The notes under the pieces: generated by a model | What the model was told of the DNA's origin: nothing | What the model saw: only the letters and a program-made list of their open reading frames with translations | The model's database searches: none | DNA from: a bacterium | GTDB lineage: Bacteria > Patescibacteriota > Patescibacteriia > 2-12-FULL-60-25 | Reading direction: 5' to 3' | Assembly (NCBI GenBank): GCA_021796435.1 | Contig: JAJYXM010000016.1 | Span: forward strand, 118,625 to 182,624 | DNA: 64,000 nt | Program-made: the position numbers and the translations under genes | Shown: one piece after another, positions 10,000 to 19,672 of the stretch | Numbering within the stretch: position 1 is the stretch's first letter | Layout: each line of letters starts with the position of its first letter

Positions 10000-10874
10000 C
10001 ATTCCGCCAGTGCAGCCAATAAAAGGATGCTGAAAAGAGCTAATCCGATGCCGAAGAATTGATGTTTTTTGAGTTTTTCCTTGTTCAGGATGACGCCATA
10101 TAGCGCACCGACGACGATGAAGCTTTCACTTATAGTCGCTGCGATGCCGATCGGAATCAGGATCGTGGCATAAGCATACGAGATCCATGCGGCGTTATCC
10201 AGGAAGCTTTGGAGGACGATGATGGATGGGTTCTTTTTTATGTCAGAGAGAATCGTCTTCAAGTCCAGGGAACCGAGCCTATGGAGAACGATGACAGCGA
10301 CGATGACGGAGACTGTGTGCGTCAGCCAGATCGTGAAGAGCGGGGAGTATGCACGGCTGGCTTGTCCGACAAGATAGTTGGTGATGCCGAGACCGACTGC
10401 TCCTCCGAGCGCATATAGGGTTCCGCCTTCTAATTTCAGCCCGCGTAAATCGCGCCAACTCATGATGGTAGTGAGCGTAATGCCGAGGGCTGCGGTCATC
10501 ATAAGAACGTATATAGTGGGCGAAAGGAGCTCTTTTCCGATAAGAGTCGTCAGCAGTATGGTGACGGGTAATTCAAGGCCGGTGAGCGGAAGGACGACTG
10601 AGAGTTTGCCTAGTTTAAGCCCTTGGAAGTTGGAGAACGCCGCTAATATGACTACGACGCAAACGGAGATGAGCAGAGGCCATTCTCCGGTGGCGCGGAA
10701 CGCCGGCAAGATTTCGTCATATATGAAAGGGAGAAGACCGATCGAACCTACAAGACCGATGAAGAGTAGGCTCTTGATGATGCCGACTGCGCGTGTCGTG
10801 CGTTGGATAAAAAAATCGCCGGTTGCCCAGCCGAAGAGCGCGCCGAAGGCGAAGATGATGCCCAGAAAAGACAT
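9999..10874 (-). CDS. EamA/DMT-family transporter
   Basis: About 10 TM segments of 291 aa with duplicated EamA-like halves. Confidence 0.65.
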   Translation of the reverse strand: MSFLGIIFAFGALFGWATGDFFIQRTTRAVGIIKSLLFIGLVGSIGLLPFIYDEILPAFRATGEWPLLISVCVVVILAAFSNFQGLKLGKLSVVLPLTGLELPVTILLTTLIGKELLSPTIYVLMMTAALGITLTTIMSWRDLRGLKLEGGTLYALGGAVGLGITNYLVGQASRAYSPLFTIWLTHTVSVIVAVIVLHRLGSLDLKTILSDIKKNPSIIVLQSFLDNAAWISYAYATILIPIGIAATISESFIVVGALYGVILNKEKLKKHQFFGIGLALFSILLLAALAE

Positions 10875-10891
10875 AAGAGAAAGTCATCAAA

Positions 10892-12646
10892 TCACCTTTG
10901 GTGTTTTTTGGCCAGGTAAACGAGGAGCTGTTTGAGCGGTTTCGTGTTCAGGATGTCTTTCTTGCTGGCCCAGCCGCGGCGGGCGATGGCTTCGCCGAGC
11001 GGAATGAAACGGAAATGCTCGGGTGCGTGTGCGTCGGTGTCGATGACGAGCATCACGCCGGCTTTGACGGCGGCGCGGACGTGACTGTCGTTCAGATCGG
11101 AACGATCCGGGTAGCAATCTATCTCAAGGGCGACGTGATTTTTTTTCGCGACGGCCAATATCTCGTCAAAATCATAGTCGATGGGTTCACGTTTGCCGAT
11201 GAGGCGGCAGGTCGGATGGAAGAAGCAATCGACATTTGGGTTAGAGAGCGCTTTGACGATGCGCTTGGTCTGCTCGGTGCGAGATAAATTGAAGGAGGAG
11301 TGGATGGATACGCCGACCCAGTCGAGTTTCGCGAGCGCAGCGTCCGAAAGGTCGAGTGAACCGTCTTTATGGATGTCACATTCTGTGCCTTTCAGGATGG
11401 TGAAGCCTTTGAGGTTTTTGTTGATCCGGTCGATCTCTTTGCCTTGTTTGGCTAGTCGTCTCTCATCCAAACCATCGATGAAAGCGAGAGCCTTGGTGTG
11501 GTCCGTGACAGCCATATAATCCAAACCAGCGGCTTTGGTGGCTTTGGCCATCTCTTCGATCGAAGAATCGCCGTCGGTCCAATTCGTCTGGACCTGAAGG
11601 TCGCCATGAACGGAGCCGTACGGTATCAAGTCGGGGAGCTTGTGCTTTTGGGCGGCTTCGATTTCGTCTGCGCCGACGCGGATTTCCGGCGGGGGTGTAT
11701 CCATGCCGAGTTTCTTGTATATCTCTTCCTCGGTCTTGCAGACTATGAGTTTGGGTTTTGCACTGCGAGCGCCGTGTGAGCGCCTGAAGAGACCGTATTC
11801 GCTCAAGGTGTAACCCTTGGACAGGGCATATTCTCGCAGCAGCACGTTATGTCGTTTGTCGCCGGTGAAATATTGCAGCGTGGCACCATAGACTTGGTCT
11901 GGGATGACGCGCAGATCGCAGTCGATGCCGATCTTCAACCGTACGGAAGACCTGGTCTTGCCGCGTTCGTGGATCGATTCCACGAAAGGCAGGTCCACGA
12001 AGGCGTCCATGACACGATTCGGGTCAGAAGTAGTGGCCAGCAGGTCGATGTCGCCGACAGTCTCTTGGCGGCGACGGATGGAGCCAGCCACGGCGACGCG
12101 TTTGACGCCTTTTACCTTCTTGAGCTTGGCGATGATCTCCTCGGCGAGCGGTAGGATCTCGCCCAGTAAGCGGCGACCGGAGGCACGTTGCATCAGCTCG
12201 AGTCCGCGGGCCAATTTAGCTTCGCTTTTTTCGCCCCAGCGCGGGATGGTGCTGACTTTGTGTTTCTCCAGCGCCCATTCGAGCCCTTCCAGGTTTTTGA
12301 CTTTAAGATATCTGTACAGATCGGCGATGTGTTTGGGGCCCAGACCTTCGATACGGGAAAGCCCCCAGATATCGACCGGGAAATCCTTGTGCATCTTTTC
12401 GTATTCTTTGATCTTACCGGTACGGAAAAATTCGTCGATCTTCTCGGCGATGCTTTGGCCTATGCCGGGGAGGTCTTTCAGGGCTTTTATGCCGCCTTTG
12501 CGCCAGGCTACTTCGACTTCGTCTTTCAATGCTTCGATAGATTCGGAAGCGAGTTGGTAGGCACGCGGCTTGAACGGCACGTCGAGCATGGCATCGCGAT
12601 AGCTGAATTCGAACAGCATCTTGGCGAGTTCCTCGTATTTGGTCAT
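10892..12646 (-). CDS. polX: DNA polymerase X family with C-terminal PHP domain
   Basis: N-terminal helix-hairpin-helix (GIGQSIAEKI...) and an NT-transferase core (GSIRRRQETVGDIDLL); C-terminal PHP (HxH...SIHSS...DTDAH). Confidence 0.85.
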   Translation of the reverse strand: MTKYEELAKMLFEFSYRDAMLDVPFKPRAYQLASESIEALKDEVEVAWRKGGIKALKDLPGIGQSIAEKIDEFFRTGKIKEYEKMHKDFPVDIWGLSRIEGLGPKHIADLYRYLKVKNLEGLEWALEKHKVSTIPRWGEKSEAKLARGLELMQRASGRRLLGEILPLAEEIIAKLKKVKGVKRVAVAGSIRRRQETVGDIDLLATTSDPNRVMDAFVDLPFVESIHERGKTRSSVRLKIGIDCDLRVIPDQVYGATLQYFTGDKRHNVLLREYALSKGYTLSEYGLFRRSHGARSAKPKLIVCKTEEEIYKKLGMDTPPPEIRVGADEIEAAQKHKLPDLIPYGSVHGDLQVQTNWTDGDSSIEEMAKATKAAGLDYMAVTDHTKALAFIDGLDERRLAKQGKEIDRINKNLKGFTILKGTECDIHKDGSLDLSDAALAKLDWVGVSIHSSFNLSRTEQTKRIVKALSNPNVDCFFHPTCRLIGKREPIDYDFDEILAVAKKNHVALEIDCYPDRSDLNDSHVRAAVKAGVMLVIDTDAHAPEHFRFIPLGEAIARRGWASKKDILNTKPLKQLLVYLAKKHQR

Positions 12647-12724
12647 GAGCGTATTTTAGCATTGATTTGTGTATTTGGCGTCTTATGTTAAAGTTTCGTC
12701 GGCACATTAATAGGGAGGTCTGTC

Positions 12725-13258
12725 ATGCAACCTTCGGCGTTCGATCAGCTGTTCAGGCTCGACGGTTTTCTCTCGCTTTTGGTCGTCATGATCGTCATCA
12801 GCGCCTTCGGATACACGAAACTCGGCACACGCCATGGTTCGCTGCTCGAACTCATCTCGTTGACGCCGACCGAATGGCCCTGGTGGATCAGGCTCATGCG
12901 GGATATGGGAAAATATCTCGGTTGGTGGGGCATGACCGAGGTCTGTTTGGGGCACATCGCCGGATCCCTGCCCTTGATCTTCGGAGTGTTCATGCTGTGG
13001 TTGTCCGGAGATTTCTACGTCACTCATATGAAGGAGCGGGAAAAGCGTGGGGCGGCTGGTTTCAACCTCAGTGAAGCGCAACGAGCTTTCGAGAAGATCC
13101 AGCCGCAACTGCCACCTTTTGGCGAAGACCATAATTCCGTGGCGCTGAACGTGGACACGCTCGAATTCGTGATCGGGCGCACACTGAAGCAGACGGAGGA
13201 CTTGGCTGCAGCCAAATGGCCGGATGAGATGCACCGAATCTACGTCCGCTCGCTGTAG
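12725..13258 (+). CDS. membrane hypothetical protein
   Basis: ORF of 177 aa with TM helices. Confidence 0.45.
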   Translation: MQPSAFDQLFRLDGFLSLLVVMIVISAFGYTKLGTRHGSLLELISLTPTEWPWWIRLMRDMGKYLGWWGMTEVCLGHIAGSLPLIFGVFMLWLSGDFYVTHMKEREKRGAAGFNLSEAQRAFEKIQPQLPPFGEDHNSVALNVDTLEFVIGRTLKQTEDLAAAKWPDEMHRIYVRSL

Positions 13259-13301
13259 GCGTGGTACCATGAGTCCAGCTCATTCATTGAGGAGGCGCGA
13301 G

Positions 13302-13526
13302 ATGCCGACGACAAGGAAAGACGGAGTCCCGCTTGAGGAGCGGACGGATGGCGGGCAGTTGCCGCCGTGGCGGTTGCATCCAGCGGACATGCTGCAGTTC
13401 TTGGACGAGGGAATCCGTCCGGTCGAGGTCTCGGAGGACGACTTCGATGATCTTGAACGACACGGCGAGGACTTGGAGAAGTTCTTCGGCTGGTCATACG
13501 ACACCAACGGAGGAAGTCATGCCTAG
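13302..13526 (+). CDS. small hypothetical protein
   Basis: GGAGG then ATG. Its stop overlaps the start of the next gene (ATGCCTAG), consistent with translational coupling. GC-rich. Confidence 0.4.
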   Translation: MPTTRKDGVPLEERTDGGQLPPWRLHPADMLQFLDEGIRPVEVSEDDFDDLERHGEDLEKFFGWSYDTNGGSHA

Positions 13527-13977
13527 AGTCCCGTTGACGATCAACTTGTCGCGGCCGCGGACGCCGCTCGTCAAGTTCCATATCGGCGACAAGGTCTGCT
13601 TCGAGCGAAGCGTGGACCGGCGCGACCAGGTGGAACATCCGGATCCGTTGCCGGTCATCAACGCCGGAAGTCTCGGGACCATCCTGGAGAATGACGGCAA
13701 GAGCGTACTGGTCGGCGTGATCAAAGGACCGGACAAGAAAGTGGTCACGACCGTGCGGCTGTACGACACGGACCCGAAGGACGACGACTGCTCCACGGCA
13801 GCGATTCGGCATCTGCAATATCTCTCCAGAGATGGCCGTTGCCTTTTGAGAGCACCTGAGACCACGGGTTTCCAAGGCCGGCCTGATCCGTATCTCGACA
13901 ATCCGCCGCCGGAAAGAGTGCGGACAATACGAGACATTTGGCCGGACGAACATATCCCGTCACATGACGAGGATTGA
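13519..13977 (+). CDS. hypothetical protein
   Basis: GGAGGAAGTC ATG; 152 aa. Confidence 0.45.
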   Translation: MPRVPLTINLSRPRTPLVKFHIGDKVCFERSVDRRDQVEHPDPLPVINAGSLGTILENDGKSVLVGVIKGPDKKVVTTVRLYDTDPKDDDCSTAAIRHLQYLSRDGRCLLRAPETTGFQGRPDPYLDNPPPERVRTIRDIWPDEHIPSHDED

Positions 13978-14104
13978 GAAACACGGCAACTACTGACCCC
14001 AGAGGAGACTCTGGGGTAAAGCTTTATAGAATGGATTCCCGCCTGCGCGGGAATGACAAAAATGGAGAACCCGCCGGAGAGGGCGGGTCGAGGGGTAGGT
14101 CGGG

Positions 14105-14617
14105 CTAGCGGTTTCGGGTCAGCTCATGAAGGCGATAGGGAGGCGGCCAGCCGGCGTGATCGAGGTCCGGGAATTCGTAGCGGTAAGGTCCGGGGTCTCT
14201 GGCACGGGCGCGAGCGATGGCTTGCGAATCCACGAACGGACCGATGGTGCGCTCCTTATCGTCGACCACGAAGTGTTTCGGCTGCCAGGGGAAACGCGGC
14301 GGGCGGGGAATCTCTTCCACGATGTCAGGACGCGAGTAGAAGAAGCAGACCTTGCCGGTCTCGGCTTCCTTCTCGGTGATCTGTGCGTCGCTCAAACGTT
14401 CGTTGCGTTTGCCTTGCGACACGATCTTGCCCGGCGAACCGGCGATGAGGATCCAGGCTACGTCCGGGTCGGCGAAAGCCTGGTCGGCGAGCGGCTTGTT
14501 CATGCAGAAAGCGAGATGGTGGACGCGTTCGCGTTCAGATTCTCCGAGCGCGGTGTATTCTTCTGGCGTCAAGGTGGAGATATCGAGGGTCGGGCGATCT
14601 GAAGGTGCATTGGGCAT
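14105..14617 (-). CDS. hypothetical protein
   Basis: ORF of 170 aa. Confidence 0.45.
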   Translation of the reverse strand: MPNAPSDRPTLDISTLTPEEYTALGESERERVHHLAFCMNKPLADQAFADPDVAWILIAGSPGKIVSQGKRNERLSDAQITEKEAETGKVCFFYSRPDIVEEIPRPPRFPWQPKHFVVDDKERTIGPFVDSQAIARARARDPGPYRYEFPDLDHAGWPPPYRLHELTRNR

Positions 14618-15114
14618 GTTCTATCCCTCCGGTTGACTGGCTAGTTGGAGGTTAAAGCTGTAAATTCGAACGGTCAAGCGGATTGACGATGATCAGATTC
14701 GTGTTAAGCTTGGGCGGGTCCTTTTGTGAGGAGGTAGCTGATGAGCATCGAGTTTCCATGGTTTGCGATGTTCGCGGGGTTGCCGAAAGGGCGGAAGCCC
14801 GTGAAGCCCGAAGAGGAGGCGTCGATCGGCTCGGAAACGGGGGATCAGGCGCAGGAAAACAGCTCGGCAGCGCCGGCACAAAGGCCGACACGGGCCAAGC
14901 ATGAGGCTAAGCCGTTCCGCGTGAAGGGCGGCTCCAGGCGTCGGCGCAAGCGAAAGGCTTAGCAATAAGCTGGCCGTATAAGGATTTGCTGCCTAATCCT
15001 AAGCATGACAGTAGTGACAACTCATAACCCCGTACCGTCCTGGTGCGGGGCGTTCGTGTTTTGTACACCCCTTGCATATCATGCAAACCTTTGGTAATCT
15101 CTCCGCACAATTAA

Positions 15115-15189
15115 GCGGGTATCGTATAGTGGCTATTATGCGTCCTTGCCAAGGACGAGAGGCGGGTTCAATTCCCGCTACCCGCTCCA
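15115..15189 (+). tRNA. tRNA-Gly (anticodon GCC)
   Basis: Acceptor GCGGGTA/TACCCGC; anticodon stem CGTCC/GGACG with loop TTGCCAA; T-loop GGTTCAATTCC; encoded CCA. Confidence 0.8.
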
Positions 15190-15192
15190 GAA

Positions 15193-15221
15193 GAAAACCG
15201 ACCCATGAGGTCGGTTTTCTG
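15193..15221. terminator. Rho-independent terminator
   Basis: AAAACCGACC-CATGAG-GTCGGTTTT followed by CTGTTTG. Confidence 0.65.
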
Positions 15222-15242
15222 TTTGTCATATGGTATTCGTTG

Positions 15243-16037
15243 TCAGGTCGAGACGGCTGCACATTGGTCCCACATGAAACGGAACCAGGTACGGTAGCAA
15301 TTCGCCAGCTCCTTGTTGACCATGACGATCAATGTGATGTCGTCCGTGATGTTCTTGAGCGTCAGGCCGGAGAAGGTGACCACGTGGTCGCCGAAGATAT
15401 CGATGGCTCCGTTAGTGGAGTATCGAGGGGGAAAGAAACGATATGGTCTGCCCAAGGTCTTGAGCAGTTCGGGAGCTAAAGTCTTGACCTCGGCGTCGAA
15501 GATGTGGCGATATCTGATTTTCTTTTCCTCGGCCTGTTTCAGGAATTTCTTGATGAACGTCTGGAGTTCAGGGTCGAACCAGCCGCCTTTGGCGCCGATG
15601 AAATAGACGTCTTCCCCGACTTCCAGGATATCGCGCAGATAGTTCTTGAAACCTTCGATTCCCTTGTAGATGAAGACTTCTTCTGCAGTATTGATCCGGT
15701 TGAATTCCTGGTTAAGGGCTGGCAGGATGCTGTTGAGTTTAGTCTCCTGTTCCCAGATCAGGTCGGAGAGTTTGCTTGGTTCGACGGGCGCGAAAAGGTT
15801 TCCTTTCGGGTCACTGATCTGGTAGATCAAGCCTTTCTTAAGGAGTTTGGGGATGAGGTCATAGATGTTGCGTTTGTGGACGCCGATCTTGAGCGAGATG
15901 TCGGGCACGGAGGCGGGTCCGAGTTCCAGAAGACCTAGGTATACTTTTGCTTCGTTGGGTGAGAGGCCAAGGTCCTCAAGTATTTCACGATACATATTTT
16001 TGAGTAGTGGTGGTATTTGCCACTCACGATATATCAT
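15243..16037 (-). CDS. TrmB-family transcriptional regulator
   Basis: N-terminal winged HTH (LSPNEAKVYLGLLELGPASVPDISLKIGVHKRNIYDLIPKLLKKGLI) plus a C-terminal TrmB-like domain. Confidence 0.6.
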   Translation of the reverse strand: MIYREWQIPPLLKNMYREILEDLGLSPNEAKVYLGLLELGPASVPDISLKIGVHKRNIYDLIPKLLKKGLIYQISDPKGNLFAPVEPSKLSDLIWEQETKLNSILPALNQEFNRINTAEEVFIYKGIEGFKNYLRDILEVGEDVYFIGAKGGWFDPELQTFIKKFLKQAEEKKIRYRHIFDAEVKTLAPELLKTLGRPYRFFPPRYSTNGAIDIFGDHVVTFSGLTLKNITDDITLIVMVNKELANCYRTWFRFMWDQCAAVST

Positions 16038-16059
16038 CTAGACTGGGTGTCAAGTAAGT

Positions 16060-17613
16060 ATGTCGACGCAAACGTTATTGACGCTGACACCCGCTCAAGG
16101 CTATGGCCTGCTGTTTTTGTATGGGCTTTTCATGGTGGCGATCACTTGGCTTTTCGCGAGATGGAAGGCGTATCGTTCGATCCGTGGGTTTCTGGTGGCA
16201 GAAAGGAATGTGCCGTGGTGGCTGGGGGCGGCCAGCATAGCGGCGTCCTGGGTCTGGGCACCGGCTCTGTTCGTATCGGTGCAGATAGCTTATCAAAAAG
16301 GATTGCCGGGTATTTTTTGGTTCACTTTCCCGAACATCGTCGCCTTGCTGATCTATGTATTTCTCGCGCCACGGATCAGGGAAAAACTGCCGCACGGCTT
16401 TACCTTGCCCCAGTGGATCCTATATCGCCTTAAAAGCAAGCGGGTCCATAGGGTATATCTTTTCCCGTACTTCTTTTACCAACTCATGGCCGTATCGGTG
16501 CAGCTCTTCGCGGGCGGCAGCCTTGTCTCGTTGCTTACGGGCATCCCTTTGTTCAGCGCGATGTCGTTCATGGCCGTGACGGTGCTGGTTTATGCTTTCA
16601 TCTCCGGGTTGGAATCGTCATTCGTCACGGATCTCGTGCAATTCCTGCTGTTGATCATCGGTGTGGTCTTGGTCGTGCCTTGGGCCATAACTTCAGGCGG
16701 CGGATGGGCTGCGGTCGTGCAGGGGTCGGGAGGAGTGACGGGTGAGTTCAAGGATATCTTCGATCCTGGTGTCGCTTTCTCGTTCGGAATCGTGACGGCT
16801 ATCGGATTGATTTCCGGAGCGATCTCCGATCAGCAATATTGGCAGCGTGCGTTCTCGATAAAGAAGAGCAATCTAGTCCCGTCGTTCATCTTCGGCGCAA
16901 TCATCTTCGGGATAGTGCCGTTGGCGTTATCCGCCCTCGGTTTTTTGGCGGCGAACAGCGGTTTGGGTATAAGTCTGCCGCCAGGTGCGGATGTTTCGAT
17001 GATAGGGGTAGTAACCGTCAGCAGGCTTTTGCCTGCATGGGTGATGGCGATATTCGTAGTGATGCTGTTGAGCGCGTTGTATTCGACTTTGGATTCCGGT
17101 GTCGTGGCGGCGAGTTCGTTGTACGTCACCGACGTCATGCGATATACGGATCAGGAAAGGCAGATCTTGGAGAAGCTGGATGAAGGCGGACAGCTCGAAC
17201 AGGCTGAGGCGGAGATCGGCAAGGCATTGGATGTGCGAGGCGTGAGGAATGCGCGCTGGGCCATGCTCGGCATCACACTGTGCGGCTTCATCGTGGCTTT
17301 GGCGGCAAAGTATATACCGCATTTCGGTCTGGAGCAGCTGTGGTGGATCTTCAATACTGTCGCGGCATGCGTCGTCGTGCCGACGGTGTTGAGCCTGTAT
17401 TGGAAAGGATTGGATGAGCGTGGCGTGTTTTGGGGCGTGCTCGTCGCATTCGTCGTCGGGATGCCGCTATTCATCTACAGCAACATGATGAACAGGCCGG
17501 CTTGGATAGTCGGTGTGTCGTTAGGAATAGTCGGCGTCAGCCTAGCGTCTTGTCTCGCGTTATCGAAAAGCAAGAGAAAGGGTTTGGAGCTAAGCGGCGC
17601 GACGGTCGCATAA
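16060..17613 (+). CDS. sodium:solute symporter (SSS) family transporter
   Basis: 517-aa polytopic protein with SSF-like N-terminal region. Confidence 0.75.
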   Translation: MSTQTLLTLTPAQGYGLLFLYGLFMVAITWLFARWKAYRSIRGFLVAERNVPWWLGAASIAASWVWAPALFVSVQIAYQKGLPGIFWFTFPNIVALLIYVFLAPRIREKLPHGFTLPQWILYRLKSKRVHRVYLFPYFFYQLMAVSVQLFAGGSLVSLLTGIPLFSAMSFMAVTVLVYAFISGLESSFVTDLVQFLLLIIGVVLVVPWAITSGGGWAAVVQGSGGVTGEFKDIFDPGVAFSFGIVTAIGLISGAISDQQYWQRAFSIKKSNLVPSFIFGAIIFGIVPLALSALGFLAANSGLGISLPPGADVSMIGVVTVSRLLPAWVMAIFVVMLLSALYSTLDSGVVAASSLYVTDVMRYTDQERQILEKLDEGGQLEQAEAEIGKALDVRGVRNARWAMLGITLCGFIVALAAKYIPHFGLEQLWWIFNTVAACVVVPTVLSLYWKGLDERGVFWGVLVAFVVGMPLFIYSNMMNRPAWIVGVSLGIVGVSLASCLALSKSKRKGLELSGATVA

Positions 17614-17618
17614 AAAGA

Positions 17619-17672
17619 GAAACCGTCCCGATGGACAACCACAGAGTACGTGGTGAGTCGGGACGGCGATTT
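17619..17672 (-). terminator. terminator for the RT gene; copy 1 of a repeated palindromic element
   Basis: GCCGTCCCGA...TCGGGACGG hairpin followed on the minus strand by TTTCTCTTTTT. Confidence 0.6.
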
Positions 17673-18747
17673 AGGGACGGGGTCGGGTGAGAGGAACGAG
17701 GCCTTGGGCTACGGCTGCGCGGTAACGCGCGTAGGGCAGCTTGAGTTGCGAAGGTATGGAGCCGCAGTACACGGAGCGGACCCAGCCGAGCACGCCCTCG
17801 ACCTCTTCTTGGCTGCGTTCGCCACGGACGGCGTGATGCAGCAAGGAGCGGTATTGCCCCAGGCGCTTTCGTGAGAGCCGTACGTTGATGTAACGGTTCC
17901 AGGTTCCACCGCGCCACGAACGGATCGGTACCTTGAGTCCGTTGCCGTTCACGGATAGGCCGGTGACGCTGACTGAGCCATGCTTCAGATCCAATCGTCG
18001 TGTCTTGCGAGGATTGATGACGAAGCCGTACTCCGCGATGGTGCGCAGGAATTCTGGTACGGCCAGGTCGAGGAGCTCGGCGTAGTCGGAGGAGAGGCAT
18101 AGATCGTCGGCGTAACGCGTGTAGACGAGCCGCGGCCAGACGCCATCAGCGATCTTGATCCAGGCGTTCTGGATACGATAGTCCTGTTGGAGACGGCGGA
18201 TGGTTTGTTTCAGGGCTAGATCCAGATCGCGACAGGCGTAGTTCAGGAGTACGGGCGAGCTGGCTGCACCTTGGGGCAGCGAACCTTGGAAGGTCGTGAT
18301 CGCAGTCAACAGCTCGGCTTCTTCGGCGTTGAATCCGTAGCGTACAAGCAACTCGCGGAGGCGGCGGGCGTCGATCTGACCGAAAGCATCCTTGAGGTCG
18401 CAGATGAAGAAGTCGAAGCTCACGCGATGACGCAGTGCGTTGCTCATGGGCGAATGGCCAGGGACGAAACCGTGGACCGTGCGTGTCAGTCGGTCGTGCG
18501 CCAACTCACGAGGCAGGTGACGGCTTAAGACCGTGGCGATCGCCGATTGGGCTTTGGCCAGATCAGATGGAGCTTCGACGAGCTGGCGTGTGCCGCCGCT
18601 TTTCTTACGTCGGGTGAAGATGCGATAGTTTTCGCGCGACTGATATGCCGCTAGCAAGTCCTCCGGTGACAGCCGGAAGAGCGCGCAGAGCGCCGGCGTG
18701 ATCCCTTTCAGCGGATCGGCCGGGAAACGCAGTTCCTGCTGTTCCAT
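17671..18747 (-). CDS. retron-type reverse transcriptase
   Basis: RT motifs RRKKSGGTRQL, QGAASSPVLLNYA and YTRYADDL. Also the retron-characteristic NAxxH (SNALRH) and VTG (VSVTGLSVNG) motifs. Start taken at MEQQELRF; the in-frame upstream extension is probably leader RNA. Confidence 0.8.
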   Translation of the reverse strand: MEQQELRFPADPLKGITPALCALFRLSPEDLLAAYQSRENYRIFTRRKKSGGTRQLVEAPSDLAKAQSAIATVLSRHLPRELAHDRLTRTVHGFVPGHSPMSNALRHRVSFDFFICDLKDAFGQIDARRLRELLVRYGFNAEEAELLTAITTFQGSLPQGAASSPVLLNYACRDLDLALKQTIRRLQQDYRIQNAWIKIADGVWPRLVYTRYADDLCLSSDYAELLDLAVPEFLRTIAEYGFVINPRKTRRLDLKHGSVSVTGLSVNGNGLKVPIRSWRGGTWNRYINVRLSRKRLGQYRSLLHHAVRGERSQEEVEGVLGWVRSVYCGSIPSQLKLPYARYRAAVAQGLVPLTRPRP

Positions 18748-18965
18748 GATGACCTCGTTTTCAAAGTGCGGTTGACCGCGCCCCGCGAGTTGCGGGGTCG
18801 CGGCCAACCGAATCCACCAGAGCGCCTCTGTGCCGCATGCTGCATGCGAGCGGTTTGACGGCACGTCGCAACGACGCACCGGTGAGGGTTTCTAGGGCCA
18901 TCTTTACCTTTCCTTACGGATCGGCTCGGGGGGCCTATCCCCACAACTAGCCAGCTGGTGGACCT
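18748..18965 (-). ncRNA. candidate retron non-coding RNA (msr/msd) leader
   Basis: About 200 nt lie between a promoter-like TTGACG-N18-TAAAGT (around 18985-18955, minus strand) and the RT ATG. It contains a strong hairpin CCGCGACCCCGC-AACTC-GCGGGGCGCGG at 18769-18797 and the palindrome GCATGCAGCATGC. No a1/a2 repeats were confirmed. Confidence 0.3.
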
Positions 18966-19004
18966 GGGCAGACTTTAACCGTCAGAGAGACGTAACGTCA
19001 AATA

Positions 19005-19045
19005 AAAAGAAGAGCCGTCCCGATGGGCATCGGGACGGCTGTGGG
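19005..19045 (-). terminator. terminator; copy 2 of the repeated palindromic element
   Basis: CCGTCCCGATG-CCC-ATCGGGACGG followed on the minus strand by CTCTTCTTTTTATT. Confidence 0.6.
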
Positions 19046-19067
19046 GGCAGGGAAGGAGCGGGTGAGG

Positions 19068-19262
19068 TCACGTTGGATCCAGACGGATCAGTGCCGGACG
19101 CCACCTTTCGTCGGCAGGATCTTCGTCGATGCGACCATCCCGTGAGTCGGATCCGTGACTGTCTGCAGGTGTTGGCGGGGCATGGAGCAGTTGCCAGTCA
19201 GTGGCGAAACCCTCGTTTCCGCCGAGATCGATGTTCAGGCGCGGGACGATGCGACGTTGCAT
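19068..19262 (-). CDS. small Pro/Asp-rich protein, member of a tandem paralog set
   Basis: The ATG is preceded by the conserved junction ...CTGAAGAGGTGAACC. 64 aa. Confidence 0.4.
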   Translation of the reverse strand: MQRRIVPRLNIDLGGNEGFATDWQLLHAPPTPADSHGSDSRDGRIDEDPADERWRPALIRLDPT

Positions 19263-19265
19263 GGT

Positions 19266-19661
19266 TCACCTCTTCAGGGCGGATCGTCGGGTTTGGCGGC
19301 GCAGGTTCAGGAAGTACTGCATAGCCCTGGAGATATCCGCAGCCGTGTAGACCGTGCCTGGAGGGTCGATGGGACGAATGCCTTTGCAGGCCTCGGCTAG
19401 GGAGATCTGCTTTTGCGGTTGTCGTCCCAGTGGAGCGGCGCTGTTATCGGGGTCGGGAGGCTGGCTCACTTGAGTCGGACCCCAGTCTTCGAGTACGCCG
19501 GCTTCGGTGCCGGGTTCCGGAGGAGCGCATTGAGCACGTTCATACGCTTCATCGTCCATGGTGGTCTGGCCAATGCTGCGACCCTCGCAGGGCGACCGGC
19601 GGATGCGACCATCGTCGGGCGGAACCCACTTGGGTTCGTCGTCTTTCCAGTTTTCGCTCAT
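19266..19661 (-). CDS. small Pro-rich protein, member of a tandem paralog set
   Basis: The junction GAAGAGGTGGACC-ATG supplies an SD. Shares the motif GQTTMDDEAYERAQ with the 68-aa ORF. 131 aa. Confidence 0.45.
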   Translation of the reverse strand: MSENWKDDEPKWVPPDDGRIRRSPCEGRSIGQTTMDDEAYERAQCAPPEPGTEAGVLEDWGPTQVSQPPDPDNSAAPLGRQPQKQISLAEACKGIRPIDPPGTVYTAADISRAMQYFLNLRRQTRRSALKR

Positions 19662-19672
19662 GGTCCACCTCT

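Noticed and set aside
13240-13953. 237-aa minus-strand ORF and overlapping frames in the GC-rich region
   Set aside because: It is antisense to two + strand ORFs that have canonical GGAGG-spaced ATG starts and coupled stop/start. Long spurious ORFs are expected at this GC content.
17537-18100. 187-aa Arg/Pro-rich minus ORF overlapping the RT gene
   Set aside because: Alternate frame of the RT gene with low-complexity translation.
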